Virus genome (UHGV): UHGV-0127428
DNA: 30,373 bases
Origin: a virus
Strand: one strand, 5' to 3'
The position numbers and the translations under genes are program-made. Within the stretch, counting starts at the first letter, position 1. Every line of letters begins with the position of its first letter. Below are positions 8,133 through 17,714 of this stretch, piece after piece. Below the pieces are notes generated by a model. The model saw nothing but the letters and a program-made list of their open reading frames with translations, did not search any database and was not told where the DNA came from.

Positions 8133-9974
8133 TTAATAGGTTGACCCGCCTGACATAACACCCAGCGTTAATAGCTTGCTAAACTCAGCGGAGGATGCCT
8201 TTGATTTGAAGTCGATAAATTCGCTCAATCGTCCGGTGTCTGATTCGATAGTTAGCGGCACTTCTGCATTTACTTGTAATTCTGGATTGAAGTTAATAAC
8301 AGGTGCAAAGGTGTAAGAAGGAGCCTTGAAAGCTTGTTGTGCTGCACTCTGTTTCAGATTTGCAATGTTTTGTCCTTCGAGACTGTATTGATTTACAGCC
8401 TGCGCCCCACCTACCGTTTCTTCTGGCATAAACCAGCTTTTAATAGTGTTAACCAGGGAATTGCTGTTATCTGGCTTAGTTGTTCCGGTGCCAGCGCCTT
8501 TATATTGATCAGGAGTGAGATTAGAAAGATTCTGCTTCATTCCTTCGTTAGATAGTGGCGGTGCATCCCCTAAATTCTTTTGAATAGCTGCCGTCTTCTC
8601 GTCGTTTTTCATCAGCCAGTTGATTGCTTTCATTACAGCGTTAACCAATCCGCCGATAGCCTCGCCTAATTTGGTAAACATTGGCAGCATTGCAACCATG
8701 CTCTTTTTAAACTCTTCAATCACTTTCGGATCAAGAGATTTCATAAAGCCATCAACAAAGGCGATCCCTTGTGAGTCAGAAAGCCCACTAAGTGCATTAT
8801 TCAGTTCACGGAATTTAATAACGCTTTCCTGTTGTGCCTGCGTTACCCAGCGCCCTGATTCTCGTTGTTCTCGTGCTGATTGTTCCACTTCTTTAGCGGA
8901 GCGTGTCCAGTATTTAGAGGTGAGCATCAAATCATCAGCCAGATCTTCCAGACGACTACCGATTTGTGCATCTGAATAGCCTTTAGCTACCATTCCCTGA
9001 ACTGCTTTACTAACCAGACCAGCCGGATTATCAGCAAAGTCTTTTAGATCCTTTTTAGTTAAGAATCCTTCATTCATTAAAGTATTGATGCCGCTATCGC
9101 CGCCCTTCCATTCTCCTTTACCTGTTTTTTTATCGACTACATATTCAGCCTCATCATAGCTTTTGGTTGCACGCTCACGCACATCTTTCATCTGATCGAG
9201 ATACTTACGTTTACCTTGATCCCCCATCATTGAATCAACGCCGTTTTTGTAGGCCCATTGCTCAATATTGTTCATCTGGTTAACGTCTACACCGCCCAGC
9301 TTCGCACGGCTATACAATTCTCCCAGCGTTTCAGCACTGGCAAAGCTGTTAGTAACAAATTCAGAGGCTTTGCTCATAGCCATATATGCAGCGCCAGCGC
9401 CTAAGCCACCCAGCATAACAGCCGCAGCACCGCCGCCAATACTCCCGCTACCCTTAACAGGTGCATAGGCTTTAGCGTGAGCGTTACGATTGCCATTAAT
9501 CTTACGTTGTTGCTGTTGTAGGCGTTTCATTTGGCTATTCATACGTGCCAGACTAATAGCGCCTCTTTCATATTGGAGGGCAATTTCTCTAGCCTGTGCA
9601 ATAGCTTTATATTGTTCCGCTACAGAAAGACGGTGCATTGCACTAATGCTTGATCCAACGTCTAAAAGCTTTAATTCTGCCTTCTCTTTGCGTGCTGCCA
9701 GGGCTTTTTGTTCTCTTGCAACTACACGTTGAGCGGCTAATTGTGCTTTAGCATTAGCTTTATCAGCCTGTGCTTGCTTTTTAGCAATATCGTCTACGTC
9801 TTTTTTTGCTTTAGCGGTTGATTGTTTATGTGTCTTAACACGCAATTCTATATCTTTCACAGCCGCCATTTGTTTACGAAGTTTTTCTACTTCTGCTTTT
9901 GCTTTCTCTAATGATGGTCGGTTAACTTCGAAGGTGACAACGTTCGAGAGGCGTGCCACGTTTAGCTCTAACAT
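8133..9974 (-). CDS. tape-measure-like protein (613 aa; coiled-coil N-terminus plus Gly-rich hydrophobic segment)
   Basis: N-terminal Lys/Ala/Gln/Glu-rich predicted coiled coil (KLRKQMAAVKDIELRVK...AKAQLAAQRVVAREQ) followed by GSGSIGGGAAAVMLGGLGAGAAYMA. This architecture is typical of phage tape-measure or internal virion proteins; assignment is by composition only. Confidence 0.4.
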   Translation of the reverse strand: MLELNVARLSNVVTFEVNRPSLEKAKAEVEKLRKQMAAVKDIELRVKTHKQSTAKAKKDVDDIAKKQAQADKANAKAQLAAQRVVAREQKALAARKEKAELKLLDVGSSISAMHRLSVAEQYKAIAQAREIALQYERGAISLARMNSQMKRLQQQQRKINGNRNAHAKAYAPVKGSGSIGGGAAAVMLGGLGAGAAYMAMSKASEFVTNSFASAETLGELYSRAKLGGVDVNQMNNIEQWAYKNGVDSMMGDQGKRKYLDQMKDVRERATKSYDEAEYVVDKKTGKGEWKGGDSGINTLMNEGFLTKKDLKDFADNPAGLVSKAVQGMVAKGYSDAQIGSRLEDLADDLMLTSKYWTRSAKEVEQSAREQRESGRWVTQAQQESVIKFRELNNALSGLSDSQGIAFVDGFMKSLDPKVIEEFKKSMVAMLPMFTKLGEAIGGLVNAVMKAINWLMKNDEKTAAIQKNLGDAPPLSNEGMKQNLSNLTPDQYKGAGTGTTKPDNSNSLVNTIKSWFMPEETVGGAQAVNQYSLEGQNIANLKQSAAQQAFKAPSYTFAPVINFNPELQVNAEVPLTIESDTGRLSEFIDFKSKASSAEFSKLLTLGVMSGGSTY

Positions 9975-10008
9975 GTTAATTGTTTCCCTGTATTATGATT
10001 GTTGTTTG

Positions 10009-10206
10009 TTATTGTTTTTTAGAACAATAATATTGGATTGCTTCGAAAGTGCTGCACCCAGTCTGAAAGACACGCTGGCGCACATTATTTGCATCAATTT
10101 CTAAAAGGCGGCAAAGCGCCGATGTGTTTATAACTGATTCCTCGCTAATAGCTGCCAGTTCTTTTACAGATTTAAGAATTAATGCCTGTGAATTTTCTGT
10201 ATTCAT
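10009..10206 (-). CDS. small hypothetical protein (65 aa from the ATG at 10206)
   Basis: Internal ATG with gagag RBS; the longer 91-aa frame starts in a hydrophobic, unlikely leader. Confidence 0.3.
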   Translation of the reverse strand: MNTENSQALILKSVKELAAISEESVINTSALCRLLEIDANNVRQRVFQTGCSTFEAIQYYCSKKQ

Positions 10207-10360
10207 TGGTTTTCTCTCACATATATATATTTTTATTTGGGTTTGTAGACAGTAGAAAAACAAAAAGGGCAAGAGACAGCGCATATTTTGCTTATATGAT
10301 TATCCCTTACCCTTATTGCCCCGATTATTTCCAGACGTAGGGGAACGTCTTTAACACTTT

Positions 10361-11389
10361 TTACGCTACTGTGATCTGCACAGAGAAGCCAACACCGTGG
10401 TTAACCACAAGCGAGCTATTCTCGGTCACTACGTGCACTGCGTCGCCGCGATTCGATTCGAAAGCATAGCTGTAATACTCTTTAGCGCCTTGAGACAGCA
10501 GATCGAAGGAACTGGAAGGCGCGCCATAGATAGCTTGGTAAACACCTCCACCCTTAGCGAATTTAGGCACGGCTACAGCGTCAGCGGTCATATGTGCCAG
10601 CAGCAGCGGATCAGTCACTTTGATCAGATCAATGTTAGTTCCTGGAATGGTGAAAGTAGTTACGCCAGGCAGCAGAGAACGCACATTAAACACCACGTTT
10701 GCATCGTCTACAGGGCTTGCATATTGGAACGCATTGACCATGCCAACGCTGTAACGAATAGCGTTGAATGCCGCAGGTTTACAGAACACAACAACACGCT
10801 CAATGGTTGCAGCCTGGCTTTGTGCCTTAGCAATCATATCCGTATGCATCTGATCAAATTGCTTGAATACGGTCATTGTGTTGGTGCTGGATGCGTCAAC
10901 GGTTGCAGTCATTGGAGACACACCGAACAGAGTGCTGTAATCGATCAGAACATCGTCAGTTTTCGGGGTATGTGTCTTGCCAGAGAACAGAGAAGCCGCG
11001 AGGATGCTTTCTTTAGTGCGCTGGAATGCAACATTGTGTTTAGCGATATATTCCGCATACAGATCCGGCAGTGTTTCTTCAATAGAGCTTCCGGCTTTGC
11101 GTTTGCCTTGCACGTCCTGCGGTTTGATCAGGTCTTCACGCAGGAAGTAAGGGATTTCAATCAGCCATTCTTCCCCGTTCTCACGCTTAGTAACGTTATG
11201 CTCAGAGCTAAAACGGCTTGTAGGATGGTTGAACAGAGATTCATTGCTCTCGATAAGCTGGGAAACAGCCACTTTGTGACTTTCTACAGGCACAGGATCA
11301 GTAAAATCCAGAGTAGACAGTAGGTAATTGCGTGAGTCGTTTAATTCGAACAGTGGAGCAAGATCAACCACTTCATTTCCGATAATCAT
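10361..11389 (-). CDS. candidate major capsid protein (lambda gpE-like family)
   Basis: 342 aa, similar in size to lambda E (about 341 aa). The C-terminal ...GFSVQITVA resembles the recalled lambda E C-terminus ...FVSVQLA. It is directly preceded by a small decoration-sized gene, as D precedes E in lambda. Strong RBS. Family assignment is tentative. Confidence 0.45.
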   Translation of the reverse strand: MIIGNEVVDLAPLFELNDSRNYLLSTLDFTDPVPVESHKVAVSQLIESNESLFNHPTSRFSSEHNVTKRENGEEWLIEIPYFLREDLIKPQDVQGKRKAGSSIEETLPDLYAEYIAKHNVAFQRTKESILAASLFSGKTHTPKTDDVLIDYSTLFGVSPMTATVDASSTNTMTVFKQFDQMHTDMIAKAQSQAATIERVVVFCKPAAFNAIRYSVGMVNAFQYASPVDDANVVFNVRSLLPGVTTFTIPGTNIDLIKVTDPLLLAHMTADAVAVPKFAKGGGVYQAIYGAPSSSFDLLSQGAKEYYSYAFESNRGDAVHVVTENSSLVVNHGVGFSVQITVA

Positions 11390-11405
11390 TATTATTTATT
11401 CCTTC

Positions 11406-11780
11406 TTAAGATGTGAAAACAGAGTGGAAGCCTTCAAGCTGGAAGCCTTTAGCAGCGAGAGCTGCAATAGCAGCTTCTTTTACAGCGCCTTCGGCATTCA
11501 GGGCATCAGCTTTGATGCAAACGAGTCCGGCATTAGCACGAAGCACGTTAACTGTTTTATTTGAATCAGCAGTTACGAAGTCAGACACAACGACAAGAAC
11601 ATCAGCGCCGCTAACATATTTAGCGCCGGATGAATCAATGAGGTCGCCGCACGTTACATCTTGTGCAAGTGCTGCAAATTTTTTGCTTTCTACAGCCGCG
11701 TAAGGGTCGGTTGCATAGCTCACTACGTCAGTGATGCTTTTACGATGTGGGAAAACATCGCTTAATTTTAAAATAGCCAT
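11406..11780 (-). CDS. candidate head decoration-like protein (124 aa)
   Basis: Size and position immediately upstream of the capsid-like gene; Ala/Val/Gly-rich beta-type composition; aagga RBS. No direct motif evidence. Confidence 0.35.
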   Translation of the reverse strand: MAILKLSDVFPHRKSITDVVSYATDPYAAVESKKFAALAQDVTCGDLIDSSGAKYVSGADVLVVVSDFVTADSNKTVNVLRANAGLVCIKADALNAEGAVKEAAIAALAAKGFQLEGFHSVFTS

Positions 11781-11989
11781 TATTTTTCCTTAGATTGTTT
11801 GATTTGTTGAGCTTTAGCATTAATCAAATCTTGGTGAGATGGTTTATTGCTTTCAGCCTTATAAAGACGTTCACACTGTTTCTTTAATTCTGTGGGAGTG
11901 ATGCCAAGCGCGTAGGCTGTAGCATTCAACACATCTTCAGTTAGTGTTAACTTTTCATTGCCATATTTCAGGATAATTTCTTGTTTCAT
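11780..11989 (-). CDS. small hypothetical protein (69 aa), first gene of the capsid-like operon
   Basis: ORF whose stop overlaps the start of the next gene; lysine-rich and helical in composition. Confidence 0.35.
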   Translation of the reverse strand: MKQEIILKYGNEKLTLTEDVLNATAYALGITPTELKKQCERLYKAESNKPSHQDLINAKAQQIKQSKEK

Positions 11990-12983
11990 TTATATAACGA
12001 TTCCATTATGTTGGAATTTAATAAATCCCCCAGGCTATAAGAGGTTCAATCTGACAATAGCGAGGGGGATTTATTAACGTGTCGGGCAATACACAGCGAT
12101 AAGTAAAACCTTGAGGAGGTTTTAAACGTATCTCTAAGAATGCTTATTAAACATGCTTAAAGATAGGTTTAAAGGGTGAACAGATATTCCTGAAAACATG
12201 CTCTTAGGAAAACATGCGGAATCAATCAGGAATATCTATTCGGGGCGCGGTGGCTAACCGCTATCTTTCATGGTGTGGATGCACCAGTCAGATTTTAAGG
12301 AATCACTATTCCAATCTACTCACAGATTAAATTTTTAATAATGATTAACTACACCAACAGTAATCTACCGTTTCAGAAAATCGTTTTTACAACCAAAGCT
12401 TATAGATCCGCATTCTATAAAACCCGTTTTGCTATCAATATTTCCAAAGTTTATTGCACCATTCTTAGCTAAACTCTCTCTACTTGCGGCTAACGCTATG
12501 CAGATGATAGTTTTTTGACAACAACTTAATAGATTATTCTGTTACTAACTTCTGTCATTAAATAAGAGTTTAATGATGTTAGTAAATAGTTATAAAATAT
12601 AACTATCAGTGTAAGGCTCTTTAATGTTTTCGGACAAAATAAGGAGCTTTAGGATAAGCATAGATGAAAAATAAGAGCGGGAAGGGCAAGGAGATAACAC
12701 CTACCCGCTTTTATCAAAAATTAAGCACAATGCCTAACAACATTTATCAACACAACGTAGAAACAATCAACAATCAAAGAGGGAGTTATGATTATTCTAA
12801 AACTTCTTGAGGGGATGGAAGGTAATATTTGTTAGAGGTTAATGCCATTCAACCTTTGAGGCTATCACCTTCCATATGCAGGGATTTATGACAGGAAAAG
12901 GATTAACACCAGTCAAAACCTTTTTATCTACCCCTAATATTATTATATAATGAAATCGTTATAAATGCAAATGATTTTTATTA

Positions 12984-13292
12984 TCATTTAGAGAAAATAG
13001 CACTTTTTGCTAAATCATCTACTAATTGCTGAATCTCTTCACTTGCAGCCTTTAACGTGCTGGCGGTGTCTGTGATGGTTTGAGTGCACATCTTGGCATT
13101 GTCCTCAATTAGCTCTAAATCTCTCACCAGAGAGATAAAATCGTCAAGGCTTACATTCACCTTCATTAAGCTAATAACGCATTGAGAGAGCGTGTAATCG
13201 CATAAATCTGAATAGGCTTGATTTATTCTTGTTTGTAGTGAGATAGTCAGATCTAAAAGTTGTTCCATTGCATTGCTAATATCTTCTTCCAT
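12984..13292 (-). CDS. hypothetical acidic protein (102 aa)
   Basis: aaggag RBS; start overlaps the stop of the upstream gene (taATG); no recognisable family. Confidence 0.45.
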   Translation of the reverse strand: MEEDISNAMEQLLDLTISLQTRINQAYSDLCDYTLSQCVISLMKVNVSLDDFISLVRDLELIEDNAKMCTQTITDTASTLKAASEEIQQLVDDLAKSAIFSK

Positions 13293-13495
13293 TATGCGGC
13301 TTCTCCTTGTAATGCATCATTAATCATATTCAATACGATGTTAAAAGGTGTCTTGAGCGTCAGCACTTCATCACGGTAACGCTCTAATGCTTCGTAGTCT
13401 TCTGTTTCTTTTGCCAGTCGGATTAACTCAGCATAGTTTTTTGCATCAGACAGGATCATCTGAAATAATTGTGTTTCTTGAATATAGCCAATCAT
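13292..13495 (-). CDS. hypothetical protein (67 aa from the internal ATG)
   Basis: The internal start MIGYIQETQ... has a strong aaagga RBS; the longer 81-aa frame begins in the intergenic region. Confidence 0.4.
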   Translation of the reverse strand: MIGYIQETQLFQMILSDAKNYAELIRLAKETEDYEALERYRDEVLTLKTPFNIVLNMINDALQGEAA

Positions 13496-13552
13496 TATTT
13501 TTCCTTTTTTGAATATTTTCATTGGGCGCTTATACATACGCCCATCATTTTA

Positions 13553-13933
13553 TTAGTTAGAACGTTTGTTAGAAGCTAATGTATCTTCTAAATGAGCCAT
13601 CAGATCGACTTCCGATGCACCACCTACACAATTATTGAAAGCGTTAAATCCCAAAAAATGATGATAGGAGCTAAACCCTAAAAGCTGCCAACGTTTCAGA
13701 GTGCCATCAGAAATGATAGTTTGTTTTCTTGTTCTTGGGCGAAAGTAAACGCCTGGCATTGACTGGATTATTTCTAATTCTTCATCGCTTAATTCAGGGG
13801 ATTCTGTTTCAAGAATAAAGATTATCTCTTCCCCTGGATCGTTATTGGTGTGTGTCGGTGGACGTTGTCTTTTTGAATTGAAATTACTGTTTTTTTCAAT
13901 ACGTTTTAAGTTATTACGTTTCTTTTTTCCCAT
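13553..13933 (-). CDS. hypothetical protein (126 aa) with a basic N-terminus
   Basis: Strong RBS (aagaggga); N-terminal MGKKKRNNLKRIEK...; no recognisable family. Confidence 0.45.
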   Translation of the reverse strand: MGKKKRNNLKRIEKNSNFNSKRQRPPTHTNNDPGEEIIFILETESPELSDEELEIIQSMPGVYFRPRTRKQTIISDGTLKRWQLLGFSSYHHFLGFNAFNNCVGGASEVDLMAHLEDTLASNKRSN

Positions 13934-14116
13934 TTTCCCTCTTTTTATGTGGATTATAAAAACTTAATGTCATTGTTACGATGAATATCGCCATAAATGC
14001 ATTTGCCATATGTATTGCCCGATCTGTTGTTATTGATTGTTTGTGATAAACAATTCAAAATCTTTGTTTAATTTCAAAAGACGAAATGTAGTGCTGTTAT
14101 AAGCCATTTATTCTCC

Positions 14117-14686
14117 TTAGAATGGTATTGAATCGTATATTTCACTTTTTTCTCTTAGAGATATTATCAGATCGTGAAAAGCCTGTTTCTCAAGATAGAT
14201 ATTCTTTGAATCTAATGCTCGTTTTACAAAATCTTCTGTTTCTTCGTGCGGTGGTTTCTTCTTATCAAGGGAAAGAAGCCAAGTAAAAATTTCGGGCCGC
14301 TCAGGGAACTCTGATTCCTGTATTTCTTCTTCAACGATGATTTCGGAAACATTCAATATTCCATTAGATTCGTCTTCTTTCTCAGAAGGATCAGGTAGTG
14401 ATGATTCTCCTTTTGGAATATCAAGCACTCGATAAAGGTTAGAGCTTCCTGGTCGTGCATCTTTTATAATTAATCCCATTTCGAGCAATTTCTTAACCCT
14501 TTCTTCTGCTGCTCTTGGTGTTATGCCAAAAACATCGCCTATCTTAGCGTAAGAGGGAAATGCACGATCAAACCCTCTCAAATAGCAGTAAAGGTTTTTA
14601 GCACTATCTGTAAATTTATGCCCGTTTACTTGGCTTATTTTTAGAATCCACATAGGAACTTTTACAAATTGTTCTTCATTAATCAT
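14117..14686 (-). CDS. replication initiator-like protein (winged-HTH Rep family)
   Basis: Start set at the ATG at 14686 with aaggag 8 nt upstream. N-terminal region (LYCYLRGF...AFPSYAKIGDVFGITPRAAEERVKKLLEMGLI) is typical of plasmid/phage wHTH replication initiators; acidic C-terminus. An iteron array lies 1.3 kb upstream. Confidence 0.5.
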   Translation of the reverse strand: MINEEQFVKVPMWILKISQVNGHKFTDSAKNLYCYLRGFDRAFPSYAKIGDVFGITPRAAEERVKKLLEMGLIIKDARPGSSNLYRVLDIPKGESSLPDPSEKEDESNGILNVSEIIVEEEIQESEFPERPEIFTWLLSLDKKKPPHEETEDFVKRALDSKNIYLEKQAFHDLIISLREKSEIYDSIPF

Positions 14687-14739
14687 TAAAAATCTCCTTG
14701 ATGTAATCACGCTCTACGGCGCTACTATGGTGATAAAAA

Positions 14740-14910
14740 TCACTTGCTTTTGTTTGAGAGTGTTTCAGCCTCTCTTTTCAACATATCAAGAATGTAATCT
14801 GTAACAGTGATACGTTTACTTCTGGCTTCTTTAAACAACACCTGAAATACTTCATCAGGAATATGAAAGCAAGTGCGTGGTTGTCTTTTCTTTTCTGTAG
14901 TTTCGCTCAT
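14740..14910 (-). CDS. small ribbon-helix-helix (CopG/Arc-like) regulator candidate (56 aa)
   Basis: MSETTEKKRQPRTCFHIPDEVFQVLFKEARSKRITVTDYILDMLKREAE fits an RHH pattern (beta strand then two helices); strong RBS; immediately upstream of rep. Confidence 0.4.
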   Translation of the reverse strand: MSETTEKKRQPRTCFHIPDEVFQVLFKEARSKRITVTDYILDMLKREAETLSNKSK

Positions 14911-14931
14911 AGTTTTCTCCTTCTCCTGTTA

Positions 14932-15108
14932 TTATTCTTTCTCTGCCTTACGCAGTTCATCAATAATTTTTAGTGCATCGTCAAAGCATTTTTCACGCTC
15001 TGGATAACCACAGCGTCGCGCTGTGTTCCTGTTCATCCTTACTTTAAAACGATTAATCTCACCACGTTTCCAGGCTTCAACTACATCCTGTGGAGTAAAA
15101 TATTTCAT
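14932..15108 (-). CDS. small hypothetical protein (58 aa)
   Basis: ATG with a perfect aggagg SD; first gene of the rep operon. Confidence 0.35.
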   Translation of the reverse strand: MKYFTPQDVVEAWKRGEINRFKVRMNRNTARRCGYPEREKCFDDALKIIDELRKAEKE

Positions 15109-15960
15109 TAATTAGCCTCCTTATTCTATTTGGTTAAAAGAAAAAACACCTTGCAAGCCTTGTTGGGCTTCAAAGTGCGGTGCATTGGTTTAATTACTTA
15201 GAGGATAAGAATGTTTTCTGTCCCTAATATTACTTTACCACGACTAAAAGCTTTTGTCAACCCCTAGCCATAAAAATATTGATCATTTTCAGTGTGTTAT
15301 AATTTTTCTTAGCAATTCGTGCTCTTACGAGTGCTCCTATTCTTCCTTATTCTCTAAAACGCTCTAAAACGCCCTCTGACGAGGTTTTGATAAATACAAT
15401 ACATTCCCTTATGTAGAGGCTGTTTAGCTCGCCTACGGCTTGATTTAAGCGGTAGAATCTTATTTAACCTTCAACTACTAAAACCATTCTTTCTTTTTTG
15501 TTTGTTGTTGGTTGTTGTCTGTGTCTATGTGCTAACATCGCTAACGCGTAGCACACAAGGTTATTGCACTCGTCAGAGTATTGCACAATAGATTTTCTCT
15601 TAAATAGATTGATGATCGTTAGATGGTAGTTAGTTAATTATCGTTATGCGCACAGCGCAAGACTATTTAGCCTTACGCAAGCCGTAGGCTATTTGCACAT
15701 AGTAGATTACATATTCGTTGTGAGCGGCATTAGCGAACATAGATCTACTAACTAACATCAACAAACAAAAACTATGTGTTATGACAAGCAGTCTAACGAT
15801 TAACACTCTAACTTGTGCAAGGTTCTGGCGAATGCCAATAGATTAAGGGATAGTCAAGGACTCCCCTAACGGGTATCTCTATAATTATTCTTTAAAGATA
15901 AAAGAATTTATAAAAGATAATTTAATTGTAGTTTGATAGTTGATCTAATAGGTAACAAAA

Positions 15961-16096
15961 TTCTGTAGGGGTGGCTAACAGTTTTCTGTGGGGGTGTATA
16001 ACATAATTCTGTTAGGGTTGGGGTAACAGTTTTCTGTTAGGGTGCATATTTCTTTAAAAGTTAAGGATAACAGAATTCTGTGGGGGTAGTTCACAG
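15961..16096. repeat. iteron-like direct repeats (five copies of TTCTGTnGGGG...), candidate replication origin
   Basis: Copies start at 15961, 15984, 16007, 16032 and 16076, mostly 23-25 bp apart, consensus ttctgt(a/g/t)ggg(g/t)t; set in AT-rich noncoding DNA upstream of the rep operon. Confidence 0.6.
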
Positions 16097-16480
16097 TGAC
16101 CTACCGTTACATCCATTTATCACATAACATCTGTGCAATGATCTTCTAAAAGTGTTTCTTGCTACCAAAATTAAACATCTAAAACAGGCTTAAATTCAAT
16201 GTAATTGATGATTAATCCCTGTGTAATTCCTACGTAAAAATCCAATGAAAAGTAGCTTAAAAAGTGCAATGTTAGCTTTCTTCACTTTTACATCACTTTC
16301 GCAAAGCCGCATTACACACGGCTTACAGAGCACTATCAGAAATTGTTGATTAAAAATCAATCTATTATTTGTCGAACAAGTTTCCTTTAATGCAACAAAA
16401 AATTATTTTTTCAAAATAAACACACTATTTAATAGCTTGCTAATTTTACCAAAATGTAACTACATGATTCTCATGCAAGA

Positions 16481-16586
16481 CGTGTAGTGATAAAGCAGGC
16501 TAAATCACCACACTAAAAACCTTCGAATTTCGTAGTGAAAAAAGTCCTTTACACACCTAATCAACACGATCAATAATCACTACACG
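16481..16586. promoter_or_regulatory. candidate res-like recombinase binding region (11-bp inverted repeat)
   Basis: cgtgtagtgat (16481-16491) and its reverse complement atcactacacg (16576-16586), plus repeated atcaacac / atcaccaca motifs, immediately upstream of the serine recombinase gene. Confidence 0.25.
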
Positions 16587-16612
16587 CAAATCAACACAGA
16601 AGGAAAATGAAA

Positions 16613-17164
16613 ATGGCTAATATTGGATACATTAGGGTATCGACTGTCCAACAAAACACAGACCGTCAATTAGCTGGAGTAACTCTTGATAAAGTCTTTG
16701 AAGATAAAGCGTCAGGCAAGAATACCCAGCGCCCACAGTTTGAGGCAATGATGAACTATGTGCGTGAAGGTGATGTTTTGCATGTTCACAGCATTGATCG
16801 ACTTTGCCGTAATACAGCCGACCTACTGGCAACGGTTGAGCAATTAACAGAGCGCGGCGTGTCTGTGCATTTCCATAAAGAAGACTTTAAGACAGGGAAG
16901 AACTCTCCCGCAGGGAATATGATGCTCACAGTGCTTGCAGCAGTGGCACAAATGGAACGTGAAATGATGCTTGAGCGGCAACGTGAGGGGATCGCCGCAG
17001 CTAAGGCCGCTGGACGTATAGCAAAACGTGGTAATGGAAAAGCAATTGATCGAGCGGGAATTGTTGCCGCTCTCGCGAATGGTGGATCAATTCGGAGCGT
17101 AGCAAAAGATTTCAGTGTCAGCACACAGACGGTGCAACGTATCAAGAAAGAGCAGGAAGCGTAA
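16613..17164 (+). CDS. serine recombinase (resolvase/invertase family)
   Basis: N-terminal MANIGYIRVSTVQQ with the catalytic Ser, plus a C-terminal HTH-like tail (SIRSVAKDFSVSTQTVQRI). The start could instead be the ATG at 16607. Confidence 0.8.
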   Translation: MANIGYIRVSTVQQNTDRQLAGVTLDKVFEDKASGKNTQRPQFEAMMNYVREGDVLHVHSIDRLCRNTADLLATVEQLTERGVSVHFHKEDFKTGKNSPAGNMMLTVLAAVAQMEREMMLERQREGIAAAKAAGRIAKRGNGKAIDRAGIVAALANGGSIRSVAKDFSVSTQTVQRIKKEQEA

Positions 17165-17489
17165 TGCCTCCTGATATTTGAGAATTGTCGCTGCGTGGAC
17201 CTGACGCCGCTGATCTTCGCGTTAAACATTGATCACGTTTGCGCCGATTTCAGATAAAAAGGCAGCTATTAAGCAATACGTAACTTTTACAATTAGTGAA
17301 ATTATCTAAAACACAAGTTATATAGATGAGAAAATGAAATATTATCTTGAACAAATCAAACAAAACAACACATCATCTTGTTGACACCATGCAACGTGAA
17401 TAGTAAGCTATTATATGTGAAAATTTGCACATTGCATGCAATAAAAAATAAATGATACCTTATTGTTGTTAAATCAATAGGGGGTATCT

Positions 17490-17648
17490 ATGCGCTTTAT
17501 CTTATCCATTTTAAAAACCTGCAGAACCACAATTACTTTAGCTGTAATTGTTACCATCATATACCTCATCTATTTTACCCCTCGAGATAAAATCGATTCA
17601 CTAGCGATCATCGTTCATGCAATGGCTACATTAACTAAAAAACTTTAA
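17490..17648 (+). CDS. small hydrophobic peptide (52 aa)
   Basis: Strong SD (agggggt) before the ATG; MRFILSILKTCRTTITLAVIVTIIYLIYF... is a predicted single transmembrane helix; followed by a hairpin near 17663-17700. Confidence 0.35.
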   Translation: MRFILSILKTCRTTITLAVIVTIIYLIYFTPRDKIDSLAIIVHAMATLTKKL

Positions 17649-17714
17649 TAATTTCACTATCAGGCGCATAAACACATCTTTGATCGCTGGATGTGTTATG
17701 CGCCTACTGGTGAT

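Noticed and set aside
8133-9974. 613-aa protein as portal or terminase
   Set aside because: No Walker A motif, and the coiled-coil plus Gly-rich hydrophobic composition is unlike portal or terminase proteins. Tape-measure-like or internal virion protein is the more conservative guess.
10397-11323. Plus-strand 308-aa ORF inside the capsid-like gene
   Set aside because: Antisense to a gene with a strong RBS and operon context; Cys/His/Arg-rich translation is typical of a shadow ORF.
16786-17229. Minus-strand 147-aa ORF overlapping the serine recombinase
   Set aside because: Antisense shadow ORF; the plus-strand frame carries the diagnostic resolvase motifs.
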